Source: an uncultured Gammaproteobacteria bacterium
GTDB lineage: Bacteria; Pseudomonadota; Gammaproteobacteria; DSM-16500
Assembly: GCA_963785295.1 (NCBI GenBank)
Contig: CAWAUT010000001.1
Location: 462,393-526,392 of the forward strand
Direction of reading: 5' to 3'
Length of the DNA stretch: 64,000 nt
Each line of letters begins with the position of its first letter. Position 1 is the stretch's first letter. Made by a program: the position numbers and the translations under genes. Below the pieces are notes generated by a model. That model was not told the DNA's origin. It saw only the letters and a program-made list of their open reading frames with translations, and ran no database searches. Below, piece by piece: positions 43,713 to 55,256 of the stretch.

Positions 43713-43818
43713 TGGTGGATTACGGCAAAAGGCGCCTAATCCACCCTACCGCACTAATTATCACCGAGTTTGAGCGAAGCTGTAGGGTGGATTAGGCGTT
43801 TTTTGCCGTAATCCACCA
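43713..43818. repeat. GTAG-type REP doublet, copy 3
   Basis: TGGTGGATTACGGCAAAAGGCGCCTAATCCACCCTAC and near-perfect inverted copy between convergent fre and rpoH. Confidence 0.9.
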
Positions 43819-43848
43819 TCCTACTTACATTATGATGAGGGTATTTAA

Positions 43849-44733
43849 TTAAGCGTCGAAAGCTGCTCGTAGTTTCAGCATGGCATTCTTTTCCAACTGA
43901 CGCACACGTTCAGCAGAAATTTGATATTTGTCTGCCAAATCTTGCAGTGTCAATTTTTCTTCATCCAGCCAGCGAGTGCGAATGATATCCTGACTGCGTT
44001 CATCCAGCTGATCCAGCGCATGATAAATCTTGTCGCCAGACTTGTTCGGACCAATCAGCATTTTCCAGCTCTTGCGCTGGATTATAACGATGATCTTCAA
44101 GATAACCGGCAGGCGCGAAATGATGTTCATCGTCATCATCAGGATGGCGTCAAAAGAAGCATCCGAACTGGCAAGGCGCATTTCCATTTCCCGTACGGTT
44201 TCCGGTTTTACCTTTAAATCTTTGGCAATGTCATCGACTTCTTGCTGTGTCATCCAGCCAAGACGTTTCTTGAGATTACGCAAATTGAAGAATAGTTTGC
44301 GTTGTGCTTTGGTGGTGGCCACTTTGACAATTCGCCAGTTACGCAGAATATATTCGTGGATTTCAGCTTTGATCCAGTGCATGGCAAAAGTCACCAGGCG
44401 CACACCCATTTCCGGGTTAAAGCGTCGGACGGCTTTCATCAGACCAATATTTCCTTCCTGCACAAGGTCGGCCAGTGGCAAGCCATAACCCAGATAACCT
44501 TTGGCGACGCGCACAACATAACGTAAATGAGCAAAAATCAAGCGCTTGGCTGCTGGCAGATCATTATCTTTCTGCAAGCGAACAGCCAATTCATATTCTT
44601 CTTCCTGGGTCAGCATTGGAACTTGATTTACATAATGTAAATAAGCTTCAAGGCTGTGGACTGGCAGGCGAATATCAATCGTTTGTAAACTTGTATTCAT
44701 ATTGCCCATAGTTATACTCTTGGATGCATTCAT
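43849..44733 (-). CDS. rpoH: RNA polymerase sigma-32
   Basis: [14 protein letters not shown], RpoH box [18 protein letters not shown]; short off-frame segment near 44040-44140. Confidence 0.96.
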   Translation of the reverse strand: MNASKSITMGNMNTSLQTIDIRLPVHSLEAYLHYVNQVPMLTQEEEYELAVRLQKDNDLPAAKRLIFAHLRYVVRVAKGYLGYGLPLADLVQEGNIGLMKAVRRFNPEMGVRLVTFAMHWIKAEIHEYILRNWRIVKVATTKAQRKLFFNLRNLKKRLGWMTQQEVDDIAKDLKVKPETVREMEMRLASSDASFDAILMMTMNIISRLPVILKIIVIIQRKSWKMLIGPNKSGDKIYHALDQLDERSQDIIRTRWLDEEKLTLQDLADKYQISAERVRQLEKNAMLKLRAAFDA

Positions 44734-44867
44734 TTAGGGTGCCTATATTACTGATTTCTACCACGCTCATCAATAAGCGGTTCGTCTTCATTAAATTGGG
44801 GATTTTCTTGCGAATATCAAGTTCAGCACTTATAAATTAATTATAGATGGTGCGGCGCAATATTTCA

Positions 44868-45895
44868 TTACTCAGCGAATAATGCGTCCACAAATTCATC
44901 TGCCTGGAATGGCCGTAAGTCGTTGATGCCTTCACCTACCCCTATGAATCGAATAGGAATTTTTGTTTGCTGGGCGATGGCAAAAATAATGCCGCCTTTG
45001 GCGGTGCCATCCAGTTTGGTCAGGACAATGCCAGTGACGCCCATAGCTTCATTGAATTGTTTAACCTGGTTGAGCGCGTTTTGACCAAGCGTGGCATCGA
45101 GTACGATCAAGGACTTCATGCGGCGCGGTGGGATCTATTTTGCCAAGGACACGTTTCACTTTTTGCAGTTCCGCCATGAGATTGGATTGGGTATGCAAAC
45201 GTCCGGCGGTATCGGCGATCAATACATCCATATGACGGGCTTTGGCGGCTTCCATGGCGTCATAAATAACAGCGGCAGTATCTGCGCCAGGTTGTTGGGC
45301 AATAACTGGAATCTGATTGCGTTCACCCCAAATCTGTAATTGTTCGATGGCGGCGGCGCGGAAAGTATCGCCGGCGGCCAGCATGAGATTTTTCTTTGTC
45401 TTGTTTGAAATAATTCGCCAATTTGCCGATGGTGGTGGTTTTGCCCGAGCCATTAATGCCGACAACCAGAATAACATAAGGTTTTTATCTGCCGGTATAG
45501 TCAGCGGTGCTTCACAGGGGCGCAGAATTTCTTTCATTTCATCTTTGCAGGCATTGAAAAGCGGCTTGGGCATCACTTAATTCTTTGCGTGCCAGTTTGC
45601 CGGTCAGTGTTTTGATTAATTGTTCAGTGGTATCGACGCCGACATCGGATGTCAGCAATACCATTTCAATTTCATTTAATAAATCTTGATTCAGTTCCTT
45701 CTTGCCCAGAAAGAGACTGGCCATGCCAGACGAGAATGCGGCGCGAGTTTTTGCCAATCCCTGTTTCAGACGGGTAAATAAGCCGCCGGGTTTGTTCGTG
45801 CCAGTTTCTTCTGGAGCGGAAACAACGGGTGTCTCAGTGGTTTCTGGACTTGCCGGTGTATCGGTATTTTTTTTTCTTTTAAGAAAATCAAACAT
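44868..45895 (-). CDS. ftsY: SRP receptor FtsY (frameshifted)
   Basis: [34 protein letters not shown]. Confidence 0.96.
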
Positions 45896-45980
45896 TGTTG
45901 GCCTTTGGGATCTACTTGGTTGATCATGGAAAAACTAGATAGTATGTTAGCATATAATGCGGTTTTTACAGAATAATGCA

Positions 45981-46578
45981 ATGAGGTGGCGGAATAGAAG
46001 ACAAACAGGGTTTGATCCGTATCATCGCCGGCAAATGGCGCGGACGACGGTTGAAAGTCCAGATAGTCAAAGGATCTGCGGCCGACGCCGGACCGGGTGC
46101 GTGAAACTCTGTTTAATTGGTTGTCACCATCGATCGCTGGTGCAAATTGTCTGGATTTATTTGCCGGCAGCGGTGTGTTGGGTTTTGAAGCATTGTCTCG
46201 CGGCGCGGCTTACGTGGAAATGGTGGATCAGTCTGCTGAAGTCGTAAAGCTATTGAAAGAAGAACTGGAGACATTTGGGGCTGAAAATGCCCGCATATAT
46301 CGCGCGCAATGTGCCAGCGCAGCTGAAGAAACCGGCCGCGAAACAAGTTTGATATCGTTTTTCTGGATCCGCCATATCAGGAAAATTTGTTATTCACGAC
46401 ATGTGCAATATCTGGAAGAGAATGATTTTTTAGCGGATGGAGCGTATATCTATCTGGAAGCAGGGCAGGCAATAAAGGATAATGAGCTGCCGGCAAACTG
46501 GCGCTTGATAAAAAACTCAGCACGCCGGACAAGTTTATTACCATTTGGCTTACAGATCTGTAAAGGTTCACGAAATGA
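45981..46578 (+). CDS. rsmD: 16S rRNA m2G966 methyltransferase (frameshifted; ends approximate)
   Basis: IRIIAGKWRGR, RPTPDRVRETLFNWL, LDLFAGSGVLGFEALSRGA, FLDPPY across frames. Confidence 0.9.
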
Positions 46579-47650
46579 GTGAAGAAAAGCATAAACCACG
46601 AATATTGACTGGCGATACATCGACAGGGCGTTTGCATTTAGGACATTGGGTAGGCTCCATTGAAAATCGCGTGCAAATGCAGGATGAATATGATTGTTAT
46701 TTTATTATTGCCAATATCCAAGCGTTGACAACGCGTATGGATAGACCAGGAGAAGTGCATCAAAATGTGATGGAAGTCATGCTGGATTATTTGGCGGCTG
46801 GCATCGATCCCAAGCGCAGCACCATTTTTATGCAGTCGGAAATACCTGCGATTGCAGAGTTAACCGTATTTTTTAGCATGATGGTTCCTTATCCACGTTT
46901 GATGCGTAATCCAACTATCAAAGATGAAATTCGTGATAAAGGCCTCGGTGATAATTATTCCGTTGGATTTATTCTTTATCCAATCAGTCAGGTGGCGGAT
47001 ATTTTAGCGTTCAGACCACAAGTCGTGCCAGTAGGTGAAGACCAGATCCCGCATCTTGAATTGACACGCGAAGTCGCGCGTCGTTTCAATCAATTATTAT
47101 TGTGGCGTTGATCCGCATGTAGAAGATGCGGATCATGTGAAGCAGGGTGGTTTGTTTCCAATCGTCGAAACCAAGCTTGGTCGCACACGTCGCCTGGTTG
47201 GCATTGGACGCGCCAGGGCCTGACGGCAATTTATTGAAAATGTCGAAATCATTGAACAACGCCATTTATCTCAGCGATGATCCTGACACGATCAAGAAAA
47301 AAATCATGTCCATGTATACTGACCCCAAGCGATTAAAACCAACTGATAAGGGTACAGTGGAAAATAATCCATTATGGATTTTCCATGAAACATTCAATCC
47401 TGATAAAGCCTGGGTGCAGGAAGCGGAAGAACGTTATCGCCAGGGAGCGATTGGAGATGTGGAGTGTAAGAAAAAATTGATTGATGTCATTGTTACTCTG
47501 CTTGAGCCTATGCGTGAACGCCGTGCTCAGTATGAAAAAGACATTCATCATGTGAAATCAATTTTACAGGAAGGCACCGCGCGCGCGAATGCGATTGCCA
47601 ATGAAACATTACTCAAAGCAAAAGAAGCTATGAAGCAGAGGTATTTCTAA
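46575..47650 (+). CDS. trpS: Tryptophan-tRNA ligase (frameshifted)
   Basis: TGRLHLGH, YPISQVADIL, VPVGEDQIPHLE, KMSKS. Confidence 0.95.
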
Positions 47651-47782
47651 ATGACTGAAAAAAATTCGCAAACTGATATTGAAAAATATGCGACTGGACG
47701 ACTCACACTGTTGCAAATGATGGGTTTACTAGCATTGTTTGGCATAGTATTGACAGTGGTTTTGCGCTATTTTTTTTCATAA
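47651..47782 (+). CDS. 43-aa single-TM small protein
   Basis: MTEKNSQTDIEKYATGRLTLLQMMGLLALFGIVLTVVLRYFFS*; ATG immediately follows the trpS stop. Confidence 0.6.
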   Translation: MTEKNSQTDIEKYATGRLTLLQMMGLLALFGIVLTVVLRYFFS

Positions 47783-47956
47783 TGCGCAACAAAATAATGT
47801 ATCTCTTTGCACCTGTATAAAATTGGGATAATATACATCTTTTGTTTGTTAATGGTTCATACACACCCTGCAGGAGATTTCTTGAAAAGGGTTCAGGAGA
47901 ATTGCTGGGTGTTTGAATTTTTTCTGGGTTAATTTATTAAGAAGGAAAACTCTACT

Positions 47957-48385
47957 ATGCGTAAAAATCTTCTCGTTGCTACAGTGATTGGTATGTGCGT
48001 TATTGGACTGAATGCTTGTTCCAAAGGCAACGATGCTAAACCTGCAACTGACAATACTACCCAAACAACAGCAATGACAGATCAGAACCAGCCTGCTCCA
48101 GCTCAAGTAGCTGACAACAGCGCGCCAGCAACTGATAGTTCAGCTGCTCCTGCTTCAACCGACACAACCGCAGCGCCAGCTCCAAGCGATAACGGCATGG
48201 CAGCTCCAACACCAGCTGACAACAGCGGCGTATCAGCAGCTCCAGCTCCAAACGATAACAGCGGTACAGGCGCTCCAGCTCCAACTGACAACAGTGGCAC
48301 AATGGCTCCATCCGCAACTGGTACAGACAACACCGGAACAGCTGCTCCTTCTTCTACAGACAGCACTGCTCCAGCTTCAAACTAA
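47957..48385 (+). CDS. Ala/Pro/Thr/Ser-rich repeat lipoprotein
   Basis: Lipobox LNA-C; repeated APAPxDNSG-like units; AAGGA RBS. Confidence 0.85.
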   Translation: MRKNLLVATVIGMCVIGLNACSKGNDAKPATDNTTQTTAMTDQNQPAPAQVADNSAPATDSSAAPASTDTTAAPAPSDNGMAAPTPADNSGVSAAPAPNDNSGTGAPAPTDNSGTMAPSATGTDNTGTAAPSSTDSTAPASN

Positions 48386-48402
48386 GATTTTTAGCTGTAC
48401 GC

Positions 48403-48436
48403 AAACAGGGCCGCTGCAAAGCGGCTTTGTTTTTTC
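48403..48436 (+). terminator. Rho-independent terminator
   Basis: AAACAGGGCCGC-TGCAAA-GCGGCTTTGTTT plus T tract after the lipoprotein stop. Confidence 0.75.
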
Positions 48437-48584
48437 CGCAAAACCTCTTCGTATTGTTATGTTCGTATGCACCAAATTTTGTGTTAGCATACCTCGCGCT
48501 GCGCATACAATGCATTTTATGCGCAAATAATGCTCTAATAAATAATAATTGTTTATTTTAGAAATCTGGGTACATAAAAAGATT

Positions 48585-50650
48585 ATGAAATTGGTATATA
48601 TTGCGCGCCATTTACTCAAGCAACTTCCATCCGTCCTTGCCTGTGGTTTGTTAACGGTTTCCGTAACGACGACATACGCTGAAGAAGTTCCCATGTCATC
48701 TATTCCTGCCGCGCCTGCACCTGCTGCGGCTGTGACAATTACTCCTGCTCAGGCAGAAGCGACCACTCCACATAAACCGTCAAAGCGAATATGGAATTTG
48801 CAAGATGCGGATATTTTGAGTGTGATTACAGAAGTGTCCCAGGAAACCGGTAAGAATTTTGTTGTTGATCCGCGCGTGAGTGGCAAAATTTCATTGGTTT
48901 CGAGTAAACCATTACGTCAGCAGTGAAGTGTATCAAGTATTTCTTTCCGTGCTTGGATTACTAGGTTATTCCGCGATTCCAAATGGCAATGTAGTAAAAA
49001 TTGTTCCGAACATGGAAAGTGGCGAACAGGCAACCGCGGTCGCGACAGCAGATCTCCTGGCAAAGGTGATGAAGTCGTCGTGCGAGTTGTGCCGCTGGAA
49101 AATGTTTCTGCTTCGCAATTGATTCCAGTGTTGCGTCCCATGTTGCCGCAATGGAGTAATATTTCCGCTTATACGCCTGGTAATGTGATTATTCTGTTGG
49201 GTCGCGCGTCTAATCTCGATCGTATTTATAATGTTATTCAAGAAGTAGATCAGGCTGCTAATAATGGCATGCAGATCATTCCATTGCATAATGCATCTGC
49301 TGCGCAAGTTGCAAACGTATTAAATAATCTGCAAGCTGCTTCGCGTTCGGCTGGGGAAACTGCGTCGTTTCTATTGCGGTTGATGAGCGCAGCAACAGTA
49401 TTTTATTAGGCGGTCCTAAAGCCATGCGTTTGCGCATGCGTTTGCTGATTTCGCAGCTTGATGCGCCAGCAGCATCACCAGCAGGCAATACCGAAGTTAT
49501 TTACTTGCGCTATCTGGAAGCAAAAACGTCTGGCTCCTTTGCTAGGCAAAGTCGCAGCCAATATTCTTGGCAAAAATAGTGGTGGCTCAGATACTTCTAC
49601 TACGGCTTCAACAACATCTCCTTCTGGTTCGAGTTCAGCATCTGCAAGCAAATCGACAGATACCACTATTAATTCACCTAACATTCAGCCAGAACCAAAT
49701 ACCAATGCGGTGATTATTACTGCGCCGCCTGCACTTATGCAGGCGTTGAAAGCCGTGATCGCCAAACTGGATATTCGTCCGGCGCAAGTATTGGTCGAAG
49801 CGATGATTGCTGAAGTGGATGAAAGTAATTTAACTAGTCTTGGTATTCAGTGGGGTAGTGTTACACGCAGATGGCACGGTAGTAACTGTCTAATGGCACG
49901 CAACATCATTTCCTAATTTTGGTGCGGGTATTGTTGGTATTATGCCGAGCGTGCAAATCCAGGCTGTTTTGAGTTTGTTGCGAAATCAAAATGGTGTGGA
50001 TATTTTATCGACGCCTTCTATTATGGTGTTGGATAATCAAAAAGCGACGATTGAAATTGGTCAGGATGTGCCATTCCAAAGTGGTTCTTATGCGACGACA
50101 GGTAGTGCAACGACTGCGACGCCATTTACCACTAATTCTTATAAACCAGTTACATTAAAACTGGATGTGACGCCGCAAATTAATCTCGGTACTTCAGTGC
50201 GTCTCAAAATTGCATTGAAAAATGACACGCTTGCAAAATCCGCAAAATCCTGGTTTAACGCCATTAGTAAATACCAGCAAAATCAAGAATTCCGTGATTA
50301 TTAATAGTGATGATGTATTAGTGTTAGGTGGTTTAATCAGTAATGCCAATAATGAAAATATTAACAAAGTACCTATTCTTGGGTGATATACCTATCATTG
50401 GACACTGTTCCAGCAGAAAACCAAGAGTCAGCAAAAGAAAAATCTGATGGTATTCATCAAGCCAATTATTATGCACAATGCAAATGATTCCATGACGATC
50501 ACTGAAATGAAATACGCATGCAATTCGTAGCTACGCAGGCAAATTTCCGTGAGGATTTGAATACGATTGGTGATAAGCCACTGCCAACACGACTGCCACC
50601 ATGGAAGAATAAAAAAGATTTACCAATGCCATTTGGAAATGCAGCAATGA
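48585..50650 (+). CDS. gspD: Type II secretion secretin GspD (many frameshifts)
   Basis: WNLQDADI..ETGKNFVVDPRVSGKI, LDIRPAQVLVEAMIAEV, ILSTPSIMVLDNQKATIEIGQDVP. Confidence 0.92.
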
Positions 50651-52117
50651 ACCCATTACGGTTTGCATTCGCGAAACGTCACGGCGTATTGGTTGCGGAT
50701 GCAGAAGAATAATGTTGCGAAAGTGATTTATCAGCAGCAACCGCCAGTCACTGTACTGACGGAAATTCGTCGGCAATTGCAAATGCCAGTTGCGTTGGAG
50801 CAAGTCAGCAGCGAAGAATTTAATGAACGGCTGGTGAAAACCTATGAAACCGATTCTTCCACCGCCATGCAAATGGCGGAAGATTTGGGCGATTCCATGA
50901 ATCTTTCTGATCTCATGCATGAATTGCCGAAAGCGGAAGATTTGCTGGAAAAACAAGATGATGCACCTATCATCCGCTTGTTGAATGCACTGTTAAGTGA
51001 AGCTATCAAAGAAGGCGCATCCGATGTGCATATTGAAACATTTGAAGATCATGTCACTATTCGTTTTCGCGTCGATGGTATTTTGCGCGAAGTATTGGAG
51101 CCACCGCGCGTACTCGCGCCATTAATTATTTCTCGTATCAAAGTCATGGCCAGATTGGATATTGCTGAAAAACGTTTGCCACAAGATGGCCGTATTACTT
51201 TGCGTATTGGTGGTCGCGCGGTAGACGTGCGTGTATCGACCATGCCGACTAATCATGGTGAACGCGCGGTGTTGCGTTTGCTTGATAAACAAAGTGCGCG
51301 TCTTGATTTGGCGGAATTGGGCATGGACCCGTATCACTGAATTTATTACGTAAGTTTAATTAAGCAGCCCGCACGGCATTATTCTTGTCACAGGCCCAAC
51401 TGGTTCAGGTAAAACAACCACGCTTTATGCTGGCCTCACTATTCTGAATGATAAAAAGCGTAATATTTTAACGGTGGAAGATCCCATCGAATATGATTTA
51501 GTCGGGTATTGGCCAGACACAGGTGAATAATAAAATAAATATGACTTTTGCCAAAGGTTACGCGCTATTTTGCGTCAAGATCCTGATGTGGTGATGGTCG
51601 GTGAAATTCGTGATCTTGAAACAGCGCAAATTGCTATTCAAGCAAGTTTAACCGGTCACTTGGTGTTATCGACATTGCATACTAACAGTGCGATTGGTGC
51701 AATCACGCGTTTGGATGATATGGGTGTAGAGCCATTTTTGTTAGCTTCCAGTTTGACTGGTGTGCTCGCGCAACGTTTAATGCGTTTGTTATGCACGCAT
51801 TGTAAAAAACCAGTGCCAGCGACAGCAAGCTGAATGTGAAGTGTTAGGTGTCTGCTGATGTCGAACCACCACTGATTTATCATCCAGTGGGTTGTGCGCA
51901 ATGTCGATATTCTGGTTATTCGGGACGAAGTGGTGTTTATGAAATGATTGCGATCGATGAGCAATTACGTACCATGATTCATGATCATTCGTCAGAACAA
52001 AAAATGCGTAAACATGCGCGCGAATTATTTCCAAGTTTACGTCAGGATGGATTTCGTCGTGTGTTAAGCGGAAATACTTCACTGGAAGAAATATTGCGCG
52101 TCACCAGCGAGGATTAG
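50647..52117 (+). CDS. gspE: Type II secretion ATPase GspE (frameshifted)
   Basis: [64 protein letters not shown]. Confidence 0.95.
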
Positions 52118-52125
52118 GATTTACT

Positions 52126-53359
52126 ATGCCTGCATATCATTATGTTGCTATCAGCGGCGGCGGCCAGGAACAAAAAGGTGTGATTGAAGCGGAAAGTGAA
52201 AAAAGCGCGCGGCAATTATTGCGTGATAGATCATTAATGCCAGTGCAACTGCGTCCAGCGCAGGCAAAAAAAATCGTTGGTAAAGAAAGCGTACTCAGTG
52301 CTTTTACGCGACCACGTGGTTTAAGCAGTAAAGAAATGGCATTAATTACGCGTCAGATCGCAACCTTATTGTCAGCCGGTTTGCCAGTCGAAGAAGCATT
52401 GACCGCGGTTGGAGAGCAGACAGAAAAACCGCGTATTAAAGGCTTGATACTTTCAGTGCGCAGCAAAGTCGTGGAAGGACATGCGCTGGCTTCGGCGTTG
52501 CGTGAACATCCCGAAGCATTTTCCGAATTATTTTGCGCTACTATTGCCGCGGGTGAAAAATCCGGGCATCTAGATAAAGTATTATTGCGTCTTGCGGAAT
52601 ACACTGAGCAGCAATGGCACACTAAGCAAAAATTAAAAACGGCACTGATTTATCCCGTCATGATTGTGTTGGTGGCGATAGGTATTGTTGGATTTTTGCT
52701 GGAATATGTCGTGCCAAAAATGATTGCTGTTTACAGTCACATGAATCAGGCGTTACCGCTGATGACGGAAATATTGATTGGCATGCAGCGCGTTTGTAAA
52801 AAGCTATGGGCTCTATTTTGCGATTGCGATCGTTGTCGGTATTTTCCTATGGCGACGCGCGTTGAAAAGAAGTCTGCCACTGCGCATAAAGGCGCATAAA
52901 TTCATGCTGCGGCTGCCGTTGATGGGTTATGCAGTAAAAACATCAGATACAGCCCGATTTGCGCGTACGTTGTCTATTCTTTCCGCTTCTGGTGTGCCCG
53001 TGCTTGAAGCCATGAGTATTTCATCCAAGTTGATCACAACCATTCCGATAAAAGAAGCGGTTGAAGAAGCAGTGCGTCGCGTGCGTGAAGGTGGCGCGGT
53101 ATATTTGGCGTTAAAGCACACAAATTATTTTTCACCGATGAGCGTGCACATGATCGCCAGTGGTGAAGCCAGCGGTCAGTTGGAATCTATGCTGGAACGT
53201 GTTGCGCATTAAATCAGGAAGATGAAATTAGCAGACTGATTGAAGTGGCGCTGGCATTGTTTGAGCCAGCGATTATATTAATCATGGGTGTCGATCGTAT
53301 TGTTTATCGTGCTTGCTGTGCTGCTGCCAATTTTCAATCTCAATCAGTTTAGCGGATAG
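52126..53359 (+). CDS. gspF: Type II secretion inner membrane protein GspF (frameshifted)
   Basis: TRQIATLLSAGLP, AGEKSGHL, ALIYP, MIASGEASGQL; ends LNQFSG* at 53359. Confidence 0.95.
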
Positions 53360-53853
53360 TTTTCAGTAGCCAGATCAAAGCAAAAATCATACCTGTTACC
53401 AATGCGAATCGATAAATAAAGCGAGTATTGGCAATAAAGTGATAAACCCGATAGCGCATGCGTTGTATGAGCTTTCATCTTGCGTAAATCAAACCAGTTT
53501 TTGCCGTAAGAAATAAAAATTTCTTCGCCTTCTCTTATGTATTTATTCGCTGTGATAGTCATCAGCGCACTTTCAGTATCAAATTCATAATCAGCATTAG
53601 GTTTATCCATATGGTTATAAATACAGCCATTACCTAACGGTATGCTGGAGAATGTATCGGCGTTGAACAGGAAATTGTCGAGGTCGACAGGAGCGTCGGC
53701 TTTGTTTTCGTTGATAAGCAGGGAGTAACATTCTTCAATAAGATCGTCTGTATGAAAATCTTGCGCGGCAAAAACGCCGTAGCCATGAATCGGCGATGCT
53801 TTGACAACAATATTGCCGCGAAATAATTGTGGTTTTACTCTCTTTTCAAGCAT
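53344..53853 (-). CDS. SET-domain protein (probable C-terminal TM in shifted frame)
   Basis: SPIHGYGVFA, IYNHMDKPNA, GEEIFISYG. Confidence 0.88.
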   Translation of the reverse strand: MLEKRVKPQLFRGNIVVKASPIHGYGVFAAQDFHTDDLIEECYSLLINENKADAPVDLDNFLFNADTFSSIPLGNGCIYNHMDKPNADYEFDTESALMTITANKYIREGEEIFISYGKNWFDLRKMKAHTTHALSGLSLYCQYSLYLSIRIGNRYDFCFDLATENYPLN

Positions 53854-53874
53854 TGCCCGGTGCCTGTTGAATGC

Positions 53875-55190
53875 TTATTGCCGGGGCTGCTTCAGAAGGT
53901 TCTGCTTTTATTGCGATCATTATTCTGAAAAAACGCCAGCGGTGGCGGCAGCACATTCATATCTCCAGCAAGTTTAATCAGCATGGTTTTCAACTTCTGT
54001 AATTTGCTAATAACATCGCCACAGATTCTGTTTTCGTTAATCGCCAGGTATAATCTTTCAAATTTTGAAGATCAAAATCGACCAATCGGCGGCGACTTGT
54101 CGTTTACCGGCAATAATTGCAGCCTGTCTATCACATTAGCCTGAATCATATTCTGCAAACCGCGCAATTCACTGCCAGATATATTCACTTCCTTATTCCA
54201 GAAATAACGCGATGAACCAATAGCTGCCATGATAGCAATAATATATTTGCAGAATAGCGTCATCGCTAATAATGCCAGATTCGTATCTGTCTGCGTTAAC
54301 ATCCAATAACAGCTGGCGACGAATGCTAATAAAATAAGAGCTGGAAGAGCTACAGCCATTTTCTTATTCTCGTCAGGAATTTTTTTCATGTGCATTACTT
54401 TATTCAGCTCAATATAAATCGCATCTAAAACTTTCGCTAATGTAGCGCGATCATTTTCTATCAGCTGATAGTGATAAAGTTTTTTACCTTGCGATTCGTC
54501 CGCTATATTTTGCACTTTGTCCGCTATCCATGTGCACATATCCAATTGCTCTGTTTCAGTAAATCTTTCTGTGTAAGCAAAAGGTGCGATGCCTTGATTA
54601 TCTTTGGCAAAAATATCCGCGCCGGCATTGACCAGTATGGACATGGAGGGGAAACAACCTATATCAAACGCGTAATGTAACGCTGTTTTGCCTTCACGGT
54701 TAGGCCGGTTGATTAATTCAATCGCATTGGCTTCTCGTGAAATTCTTTGTATCAATAATCCCAACGCATGGTAACCGTGAGCAGTTTTAGCGGCACAATG
54801 CCATGGTGTGTCGCCGCGATGATCCGCACGTTGCCAGAAACGTTCTTGCGGACTTCCTGGCGGTTGTTTATCTGCGAGTTCCAATAATAAAGGTATAAGC
54901 TTGTAAAAACCGCGGTTAGCTGCGTGCCATAACAATGTTCTTTGTTTATCGTCGATATCAAAAATAAGTTCATGCTCGTTTTTCAGCAATAATAATAATT
55001 CTGTGGCGATATCTTCTTTGCCATGGGCGAATGCTTTGGTTAATAAACTTTCATTGTTTTTGTCACGGCGTGTAAGGCTGGCGCCAGCATGTTTCGCATG
55101 TAGCAACGGTAAGAGAATTTGTGTCGTTGTGCTGTCTTCCGCAAGAATTGCGCAGGCAAACGCTTCTTCGAGATAATTGCGTCCATACAT
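53875..55190 (-). CDS. Ankyrin-repeat protein with two TM segments (3' end uncertain)
   Basis: RTLLWHAA, GDTPWHCAA, GKTALHYAF..LVNAGADIFAKDNQG; hydrophobic AVALPALILLAFV and LALLAMTLFCKYIIAIM. Confidence 0.8.
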
Positions 55191-55256
55191 AATAATTTTA
55201 CTTCTTCAGATAGTGAGCTTTCTGAATTATAAAAGGGGAGAGGAAATAGTAAAGGC

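Noticed and set aside
30952-43818. Repeated GGTGGATTA...TAATCCACC units as a CRISPR array
   Set aside because: They occur as dispersed inverted doublets, not direct repeats with spacers, and there are no cas genes.
48057-48366. Antisense ORFs with repeated CC/LELE patterns, and 21380-21631 with a Met/Lys-rich pattern
   Set aside because: Shadow or off-frame translations of low-complexity coding repeats in the lipoprotein and the rpoZ tail.
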